A stretch of DNA of 63,186 bases, counting the filler, from Octopus bimaculoides (lineage: Eukaryota), in the NCBI RefSeq assembly GCF_001194135.2. It is 5 parts of 5 records of this genome, joined end to end, with 100 filler letters (N's around TTAATTAATTAA, not from the genome) between each part and the next. Parts side by side here need not be neighbours in the genome. Positions count along the whole stretch, not along the records: positions 46,785 to 54,634 come from NC_068981.1; positions 54,735 to 61,249 come from NC_068989.1; positions 61,350 to 63,186 come from NW_026423618.1; 2 more parts are not named here. One strand, given 5' to 3'. Numbering within the stretch: position 1 is the first letter of the stretch; each line of letters begins with the position of its first letter. Positions 53,855-63,186 of the stretch are shown piece after piece. The notes beneath the pieces are model-generated. The model ran no database searches. It was not told the origin of the DNA and saw only the letters and a program-made list of their open reading frames with translations. A program made the translations under genes and the position numbers.

Positions 53855-54020
53855 GACTGTGAGCTGGCAGAAACATTAGCATGCCAGGCGAAATGCTTAG
53901 CAGTATTTCGTCTGCTGTTACGTTCTGAGTTCAAATTCCGCCGAGATTGACTATGCCTTTCATCCTTTCGGGGTCGATAAATTAAGTACCTGTTATGCAC
54001 TGGGGTTGATGTAATCAACT
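53855..54020 (+). mobile_element. Third SINE-like family (copies at about 9385-9745, 10900-11060 and 49840-50060, minus copies at 22790-23410 and 34520-34720)
   Basis: Shared gagctggcagaa...ttctgagttcaaattccgccgag...ctttcatcctttcggggtcgataaa. Confidence 0.75.
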
Positions 54021-54472
54021 AGCATTTGTTGGACTGATTTATCATCATCATCATCATTTAACATCCATTTTCCATGCTGGCATGGGTTGGATGGTTTGAC
54101 AGAAGCTGGCCAGCTGAAGAGCTGCCTGGGCTCCATGTCTGTTTTGGTATAATTTCTACAGCTGGATGCACTTCTTAATATAAAAAAAAAAAAATTATAT
54201 ATATATATTTATATCATATTATATATATCAAGATCTCATTTACTGTCTGCTTCTTATGCTGCTGTGGATAGTTCAGTTTGACAGATGGCCATCAATTTGT
54301 AGGGTGGTACCGAGCTCCAATGTCATCTTTGGGATGATTTCTATGGGTGCATGCCCTTCCTAACACCAATAAAGAAGCAGAATGTACTGGGTACATTTTT
54401 TTGTGCCTCCAGCACTAGTGAGATTGCCATGTAACTCACAAGACAGAGGACATGGTAAAAAGAAAAGGTCCC

Positions 54473-54517
<45 letters not shown>

Positions 54518-54744
54518 CAGAGTATATATTTCTATCCAAAATGGTTTTTCAACCCAATATTTACATGCTATTATGTATAGCATTTATGTGCACCAAGATC
54601 CAATTTCAAAAAAGAATTTTAGATATATATATAANNNNNNNNNNNNNNNNNNNNNNNNNNNNNNNNNNNNNNNNNNNNTTAATTAATTAANNNNNNNNNN
54701 NNNNNNNNNNNNNNNNNNNNNNNNNNNNNNNNNNGATGGTGGGG

Positions 54745-54788
<44 letters not shown>

Positions 54789-55870
54789 TTATACGACGGG
54801 CTTCTTTCAGTTTCCATCTACCAAATCCACTCGCAAGGCTTTGGTCGGCCCAAGGCTATAGTTGAAGACACTTGCCCAAAGTGCCACGCAGTGGGACTGA
54901 ACCCGGAACCATGTGGTTGGTATGCAAGCTACTTACCACACAGCCACTCCTGCGCCTGTGTGTAGGATTCTGTAACCTCCAGGTAACTCTGATCATGCAA
55001 GTAAGTAGCTTTATACTAGATCCTTATTCCCCAGCACCTCATCCCCCTGGAATATATTTCCTATTCTTGTCTTCAGGTTTTAACCTACATTAATGGCCTT
55101 AAGCTCGGCAGTCTCAAAGGGCCTGCTAGGGCTATGGTCTTTTCTTCTTAAGTCACCAAGTGTGGCTGTGTGGTTTAGAAGCCTGCTTTGCAACTCTGTG
55201 AGTTCAGGTTCAGTTCCACAGCACCTTGGACAAGTGTGTTCTACTATAGCCCCAGGCTAACTGATACTTTCTGAGTGAGTCTGGTAGATTGAGACTGTGT
55301 GGAAGCCTTGTCATCCCAGCTCTTGACAACTGGTATTGGTTTGTTTATGCTCCTTCAATGTAGCAGTTCAACAAAAGGGACCAAAGAAAATAAGTGCTGG
55401 GGTTCATTGTATTTGGTTAAAAGCTTTAGTGTAGTGCCCCAATATGGCTGCAGTTCAATGAGTGGAACAAGTAAATAAAAGACAGTATCATTTGTGTGTG
55501 TACATACGCATATATGAATACCTGTAGGTATGCATGCAGATGAGGAATATATATGCCACGGAAACCGGCCCTTATGAGTCCATACGGCTTAAGAAGGATG
55601 CTTTAATATAAGACCGTAGATGTGACCATGGATACGATTCATTTCCAATGTCTTACTTTCAAATGTACGATTATCTAATGAAAAGTACATTTAGAAGGTT
55701 AGCCAATGTGTGAACACGTGTTTGCAAAATAAATTTGCTGCATAAATGAAGTTTAATTGTAATTTCTGTAGTTATCATCAGTGTATTCTTGTGATTTAAA
55801 TAAGAGTTGACTGTTATTTTTAGCAGGTAGACATACCTAGTATGTCCTTTGATTAATTTTAATTCTTCAG

Positions 55871-55907
<37 letters not shown>

Positions 55908-55917
55908 NNNNNNNNNN

Positions 55918-55953
<36 letters not shown>

Positions 55954-56300
55954 TTCGAAAGGAGGAAATGCAACAGTGTCACCATGAAAATGTGTACAGC
56001 ACGCAATGAAGAGCTACATAGATAAGCTTGATACAAGGATGTGAGTCTACAGGTGTGATGATGATGATGTGAAAGCTAGTTGAACTGAAGTTGTCCTTCA
56101 ATGCTCATGTGGTTTGCAAAACAAATGTTGGTTACATGTGGGTCTGCAGAATATGAATGAGGTGTTGAACACTAACAGAAATGGACTTGTAACAAAGAGG
56201 TGTGTTTTAATAGGAAAGGTGTTCATGCAATACATTTAATGGAAACAATAAGACGAAACAGCATAATATGATGACACGTAGGGAAAGTTTCTGGTATGTG

Positions 56301-56367
56301 GTGACCGGACACTTCTCACTGAGGAGTTCCAGTAGAATGAAATCACGTGATATGGGAATTCCGGCAC
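56301..56367 (+). ncRNA. Type I hammerhead ribozyme motif with extended stem I
   Basis: CTGAGGA 56319-56325. Stem II gttc/gaat. GAAA 56339-56342. Palindromic stem III ATCACGTGAT, ATA triplet. Stem I ttctca/tgggaa extended by ccgg/ccgg and gtg/cac. Confidence 0.78.
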
Positions 56368-57903
56368 AGACAATTCTCGCTTGTTATGAGCATATTTCCT
56401 GCAAGCTGGTGGAGAATGTTGAGTCTTTAACAGAGGCAGGGCTGGCAATTGAATGGCCGTCATGCCCATGCAGTGTTGCGTGATGCCATCGGTGCCTTTT
56501 TCTTTAGTTTGTCCACACGCGTGTGTGTGTATAAACACACACATATATGTGTGAGTGTATATACATATATATATATTATCCTTTAGCTGTTTCAGTTATT
56601 AGAATGCAGCCATGCTGATGCACCGCATTGAATTTTTAGTCAAAATGACCCAGTACTTTTATTTTTCTTAAACCTGGTACTTATTCTATCGGTCATTTTT
56701 GCTGGACCGCTAAATTACAGGGACGTAAACACACCAACACCGGTTGTCAAGTGGGGATCAGACACAGACACATAGATATATATATGCATGTATATACGAC
56801 GGGCTTCTTTCAGATTCCGTCTACCAAATCCACTCCCAAGGTGCCACTCAGTGGGACTGAACCTGGAACCACGTGCCTGGGAAGCAAGCTTCATACCACA
56901 CAGCCACGCCTCTCTCTTTCTCTCTCAGTATGTGTATATATATATATATATATATCAACTTTAAATAGAGCTCAAAATTTTGAGCTCTATTTAAAGTTGA
57001 TATATATTCAAAAACTCAACTGTGAGTTTTTTGCTAAGATTGTTAACAGATACTATATTTTTTACCAAATTTTTTGGTTAAAAAAAATATATATTTAATA
57101 TATATATATACTTTTATAAGTAATATTCTAAAAGAATATATAACTGAACTTATATTGAGTGCTCAATTATTTTGAGCAAATAAATGTGTATATATGTGTT
57201 TTTATAACTTTTATAAGTAATATTCTAAAAGAATATATATATATATATATATCAATACAGCAACAAATATTTCATGAAAAATTAATTTGCGAAGATATTA
57301 ATTTTGTTATTATCTAGTGTAACTATTTTAAAAATGATAATAATAGAATCAATAATATGGGCGATTGCTGGCCCCAAAAAGCATTAAATAGCTGAAGGAT
57401 TGAAATTAATCAAAGGACATACTAAGTATGTCTACCTGCTGGAAATAACAGTCAAAACTCTTATCTAAATCGCCAAAATACACTGATGATAACTACAAAA
57501 ATCAACCGTAGGCAGATCAGGTTAAGACAATCTCCCAACGTACATTTAAGTATTTGGACTCACATGGACCGGTTTCTGCACTGGCAAAAATAGCCTTAGC
57601 TTCTTCAGCACGTGTTACCATGATAGAGACTTCAAACCTATCGTTTTGAAACTGTAGTGACGCCTGGTTCTAGATGCCATTTTGGAACATTCATCCACGC
57701 ATGCACATAGGATTAGAGCTTTCCAGAGATCTGACAGAAGCCCCTTATGCGCATGCACAATCAGCAGCAGCACCTAGGCTTCACTGCCATTCACCCTCTT
57801 CGAACCCGGCTGTTGACCAGGCAGGAAGCAACTTAGACCAGCTCCGTGGAGCTGGAATTCTGATGGCGAGTGACGTTGCGGGTCTGTGAAAATGCCTTCG
57901 TAA

Positions 57904-59763
57904 TCACAGGAAGAGAACCATTTTAAGAAACTATTTAGAAGTAGAAGGAATCCACCTCCAAATCCGTTATTAGAAAACTTTGGAAAAGACTTACTCAACT
58001 TTATTGCTAAGTTTAAGAAGCACCCACTAAGAAAAAACCCACACCTGAGGAAGCTGAAGGAATTTATCAAATCTATACAAAGCAAACCAGGTATTTTGGT
58101 CCCGGTGGATAAAACCGGAAATTTATATAGAATGGATTACTACAAAAAACTAATAATGAAGGAACTCAACAGCAAATATAAAATAACTTCAAGAAAAACA
58201 TTATCAGACATCAATTTGAAAATCAAAAAAATTATGGTAGAATATAATCTAACTGATAGAACTGAACCTCTTGCACTCTGTGAACCTAAAATTAATTTAA
58301 AGGACCATAAGAAAATCTTTCAAGAAAACCCTACTGTTAGAATCATTTGCCCAACTAAATCTGATATTGGAAGACTAAGTAAGCTTATTCTCGATAACAT
58401 TATACCTTTTATTATTCCTAACCTTGCTCTAAAATTATGGATTAATACGGATGAAGCACTTAATTGGTTTAGGTCTATTGACAATAATAATAATTTTTCC
58501 TTCATCCAAGTTGATATCAATAATTACTATTCTAGCATTTCCCCTATACTCCTTAACAAAGCTCTCATCTTTGCCAAAAATAGATCCCTAATTACTAGAG
58601 AAAAAATAGATATAATTATTTTAGCTAGAAGAACCATCGAATTCAAAGATAGACTCTGGACCAGATCTGACACCCCTGATAACTTTGATATCCCAATGGG
58701 ATCAAGTGATTCGGCTGAAATCACAAATCTGGTTGGGGCATATCTTTTACATTGCCTAAATAGGGAAATTCCTGAACTTCAAGGGGGTCTTTACAGGGAT
58801 GATGCGTTATTTATCATCCCCACCAACAATAAGTCAGCCATAGAGAGAATGAGAAAGAATATTAGAAAATTCTTTAAAAGCTCTAACCTTAGCATTACTT
58901 TCGAATATGGTACTAAGATCATTAACTTTCTCGATACCACTCTTAATATTAGCTCTAAATTGCACTATCCCTATAGAAAGGAAAATGAAGTCACTAAGTA
59001 TGTTAGTAGATCATCTAATCACCCCACAAATATTTTAAAATCTATTGTAAAAAACATTTCCGAAAGAATAACTAAACTGTCCTCAAACTATGACATCTTT
59101 AACTCCAATTCTCATTACTACAATGAAGCTTTATCTAGAGCAGGCTATGACCAAGAAATCTCTTTCCTTAATCCTAGTAAATCTATCAAATGTGATAGTA
59201 GCAATAATGAAAATGATACCAATAATAATAATCTAATTATCTTAAATAATGGTAAGAAAAGACCTACTAATAATAGTCTATCCTGCTTAAGCAATAAGAA
59301 TAAAAACGAAATACAACCTGATAAATGTTTACATAATCATATTAACACTAATAAAATACCTAGGTTAAGAAATTATAATAATGGCCATATGTGTAGGAAA
59401 ATTACTTTACATAAGATAGATCCCAATAAGAAAACTACAAATGGTAGTAGAAGCAATAATATAACCCCAAATATTTATGATAACCACAAATCACAATTAC
59501 ATCACAAATTTAAAAGAAAAAATTTTATATGGTTTAACATCCCTTACAACTATACAGTATCTACGAACCTCTATATGAAATTTATGGATATCTTACAAAA
59601 AAATTTCGACCCTAACCATAGATATTATAAAATATTTTCTCAACACACAATCTGTATCTCATACTCTACTCTCCCCAATATAGGATCTATCATCAATAAG
59701 TTGAATAAAAAGAACATTGAACTAGCTAGGACCCTTGAAAATAAAAATTGTCTTATTTATTGA
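57904..59763 (+). pseudogene. PLE reverse transcriptase and thumb (open frame, 5' start lost, frameshifted near 59730)
   Basis: Motifs VPVDKTGNLY, QVDINNYYSSI, DIPMGSSDSAEI, LYRDD, NFLDTTL, SNHP and the post-thumb FIWFNIPY...SYSTLPNI. The frame is open from 57904, upstream of the ORF-track start. Confidence 0.92.
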
Positions 59764-59991
59764 TAGCAATACAAATAACTACCAGACAATTAATAACACC
59801 CATACAACCAATAATCATGTACATGTTAATGAACATAATAATACTTCAACTGTTAACGTAGTTGATGAGATAAATCTTCCTAGCTCAAACAATATCAATT
59901 GCATATCCAGTAATACAACCAACAATACTGATATAACCAATTTAGATATTTGTATTAACAATCAACATAGTAATATATATATATAGCTAAT

Positions 59992-60428
59992 AATCCCCTT
60001 GATTGCAATTGTAGAATTAAGGCCCACTGCCCGGTATCTGGCCATTGTTTAGCCCGTAATGTGGTCTATAAATGACAGTAGCTACTCCAACTAATAATTA
60101 CATTTATGTTGGTTGCACAATCAATCTTAAACAACGATTATACAATCATTCTTCCTCGTTTAGACTTAAACATAAGGTCAATAGCACATCATTATCTAAT
60201 AAAATTTGGGAATTGAAGGAAAATGGTATCAATTTTAACCTTAAATGAGAAATCATCAGGAGAGTACAACCCTATAGAAATAGTAGATACGGCTGTGGAC
60301 TGTGCTCTATGGAAATTTATGAAATTTTTAAACTTAAGGATAATCTTAATCTAATTAACAATAGATCTGACCTTAGGGTTCTATGTGTACATTGTTACTC
60401 TCGCACCTTTAAATATTTTAAAAAGTAA
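59992..60428 (+). pseudogene. PLE GIY-YIG endonuclease, disrupted
   Basis: CNCRIKAHCPVSGHCLARNVVYK, then a 1-nt deletion, then YIYVGCT..LKQRLYNHSSSF...IWELK...LK*EII...CGLCSME...CVH. The in-frame TGA sits at a usually conserved Trp. Confidence 0.9.
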
Positions 60429-61711
60429 ATCTTGCTAATAATATATTATTTTAATTCCTTTCGTTTCTCAGACTATTAACTACTTTATTTAAGTTATAAC
60501 ATTGAAGTATAATTTTGGAATACATTTTAACCTTTCCCAACCCACTGATAATATTCCTACATTTCTCTAGCTAATTCTAAGTCTCTTCTACCATATTATC
60601 AATTCTGAAACCATAGCTTTAATACTCTTAGTTTAGTCCTGTTTTTCTAACTTTATTCATCCCCTTTTTTCCTTCTCCTTCATCTCCCCACCACCTTTTA
60701 CTTTGATTTGTTTTGGCCATTGATATCTTTTATTATGGTTTTTCTTATAAATAATATCTCTCTTCTACTACCCCACATTAATATATATCGTATTTTAACT
60801 ATAAATGTTTGCCTTGTTCTAATTTAACTATTAATGTTCTCTGTGGTTTTAAATTTAATACTTTAGTTTGTTGTATTATTCTAAATATACAGATGAATAG
60901 ATATATTCTTAATAATTCTCCAATACCTTGACCTAAATTCCCTTACCTTAAATTTCCTTCCATTTTCATTTCTATATATATATATATTTTTTCCTTTTTT
61001 CTTATCTCTTTTTTCTCTTGCTTGATTTACCCCTAACCTGCTGTCCCTTACTATTTAATTTACCTTCCTCTAAATTGAAATTACTGCTATCTTACCCCTC
61101 CAATTAGAATATATAGAAATTAAATTCATGTTTGATTCACTCGACTGTTGATTAACAGCCCAGTCAAGATGGTATTTTCTTCATCTCCTACTCTTGTATT
61201 TGCACACATCTACAAAATGACTTCCTGAAATGAACTTCCATTATGCAGCNNNNNNNNNNNNNNNNNNNNNNNNNNNNNNNNNNNNNNNNNNNNTTAATTA
61301 ATTAANNNNNNNNNNNNNNNNNNNNNNNNNNNNNNNNNNNNNNNNNNNNTCACAAACAAGAATACTAAAGCTGCACACGACCGCTCCCCAAATTAAGGGA
61401 AACAATCGGATAAATAATCCAGAATCCTTGTCCGCATCGAACCCAAATCTAAATCGCTCAAACCAGTCACATGGCCAAACATCCCTGATGTTTCATCGGA
61501 ATCCATCCCTTGGTCCTTGATATATCGCATCCACAAGCAAACAAACAAACAAACAAAAGTGCCCGAAATCAATAGCTCTGCCTTGGTTAAGGCGGAGGAC
61601 ATAACAGCACCTGTGATACACGCATATACACACACGCCCAACAACACACACACACACACATACACACACATAAATATACATCCGTAGACAAAGACATACA
61701 CACACAATCTC

Positions 61712-61751
<40 letters not shown>

Positions 61752-63143
61752 ACTCTCTCTCTCTCTCTTTCTCTTTGTCTTTCATATACTCATATATGTA
61801 TATCAAGAAAGGGAGAAAAAAATCGGGTATTAAGTATAAAATAATTCATGAAAAAATTACATGTTACTTACGAACAAAGAGAAGAATGCATATACAATAT
61901 TTCATCGTTGTTACTCTAATCATACTCGGTTCCAACTGTTATAATATTAATTGAAATACGTTAGAGAGGCGCGAAATTCTTAATGGTATAACACAAATTC
62001 TACTCCTTTGAATTGAATACAAACAAATTTTACTACTCTTCTTTTATATGTGGAGACACATTTTCAGATACCCTATTCAAATGCATTTTCTAAAAATTAT
62101 TTCTATTGTTAAAATCTGACCAAGATACATATACTGAAGACTTCAAATATTCTAAATATGATTTTAATATGTATTGGGGTTGTCGTGTGTGGAAACTTTG
62201 AAGACGTGGATGAGATTGGAACCTGTAGTATTGTGTATTATAGTTTCTAGTCCTGTTGCTGTTGTTGATGTAAAATTCATATTGTTCTGTGGTTATGTTC
62301 ATAATATACTTGTTACAGTTGTATGTGTTGTAATTTCTCGAACTTTCGTTCCATTTTCAGAGCTTGCATTCTAATTGCTGTTTGTTCAATAAATAATCCC
62401 TAAATCGTATTTCGGACATACTACAATTACTTTCTGCTATGGGACCATTCATTCCTCTGTTGTTGAGTAGCAAACTTTTTTTCCGTATGAAATTCTGCGT
62501 CAAGCTAGTGCGTTTGATCAATAATCGTGTCATCTTGTTGCTAGTATCCAAGTTCTTCTCTAACTAATTTTATCACACCCTATTGACTAATATTCTCCGT
62601 TTTTATTTATGTTAAGAACTAATATGCTTCATTACCCAGGGTAATTGATGAAGAGTCATGTGTTGTTGGTTTGAAACAGATGTACCAAACTATTCAGCTG
62701 TATGTTACTCGGGATTTAGTGCCAATAATTTATCGCTGATTGCAAAAGTTCTGAATGATTTTACACGCGCTTGTCGCATAATTCCTGAGGTAATATTGTG
62801 TCTGCAATTGCTGAAAGGGAATTCGATGCTTTGCAGCGACGTTTCGGTCATCAAATCACTGGTCGGGAACAGGAAATGATACACGCTCACCTGAACATAA
62901 TGAGCCAGATGAAATAAAATAACGTGAATGCGAAAGAGTGGTCAGAATTAATTTAAGCACGCATGAGTCCATATACACCTCTCTGAAAGGCTGAACGTAA
63001 GTATCAAGAATATAAGAACATGCTTATATTATATGAGCATATGTGTGTGTGTGTACATTTGTGTGTTTTAATGAAAAACAAGAATAAGACAAGAAAAAAC
63101 AACACCACGAAGACGTCGTACATGCAAACGTCAGAAAACTGTT

Positions 63144-63186
<43 letters not shown>

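Larger units (their letters stand above)
57390..61249 (+). mobile_element. Penelope-like retroelement with C-terminal GIY-YIG (Nematis/Neptune-like), decayed
   Basis: RT frame, Cys-rich linker, GIY-YIG and a pyrimidine-rich 3' tail in canonical order. Boundaries are approximate and the right end abuts a gap. Confidence 0.9.

Noticed and set aside
60070-60250. TGA codons in the PLE endonuclease as possible selenocysteine (as in Naiad PLEs)
   Set aside because: The domain order is canonical rather than Naiad-like. One TGA results from a 1-nt deletion and the other replaces a Trp (TGG to TGA).
62318-62366. Minus-strand CTGAAAA...gaac-gaaa-gttc...GAAA hairpin
   Set aside because: Core G8 and U16.1 are wrong and stem I is weak.

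Overview
AT-rich, repeat-dense animal genomic DNA. The SINE families resemble, from memory, those of octopus, so a coleoid cephalopod origin is inferred. The window is five segments joined by 100-bp artificial spacers (N-run, TTAATTAATTAA, N-run), so adjacency across 16456, 46729, 54679 and 61294 is unproven. None of the short ORFs in the supplied track is a complete gene. By splice-site and phase analysis I assembled six coding exons of a minus-strand Canopy-family gene (CNPY3/4-like, 29992-45030, first exon missing, C-terminus KNSEL). There are also three candidate exons of an unidentified minus-strand gene (2382-7469) and one candidate plus-strand terminal exon. Mobile DNA includes a decayed near-full-length Penelope-like element (RT plus GIY-YIG, about 57.4-61.2 kb), a second PLE fragment, RTE-type LINE fragments, mariner relics, hAT/piggyBac/mariner MITEs, a probable Helitron-like element and many tRNA-derived SINEs. 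The most striking unannotated signals are: two intact-looking type I hammerhead ribozymes with palindromic stem III (46790-46851 and 56301-56367) plus decayed relatives; a 16-nt candidate micro-exon that would swap the Canopy ER-retrieval tail for a basic tail; and a foldback element carrying head-to-head TTAGGG/CCCTAA arrays. All structures were derived by eye and need computational confirmation.
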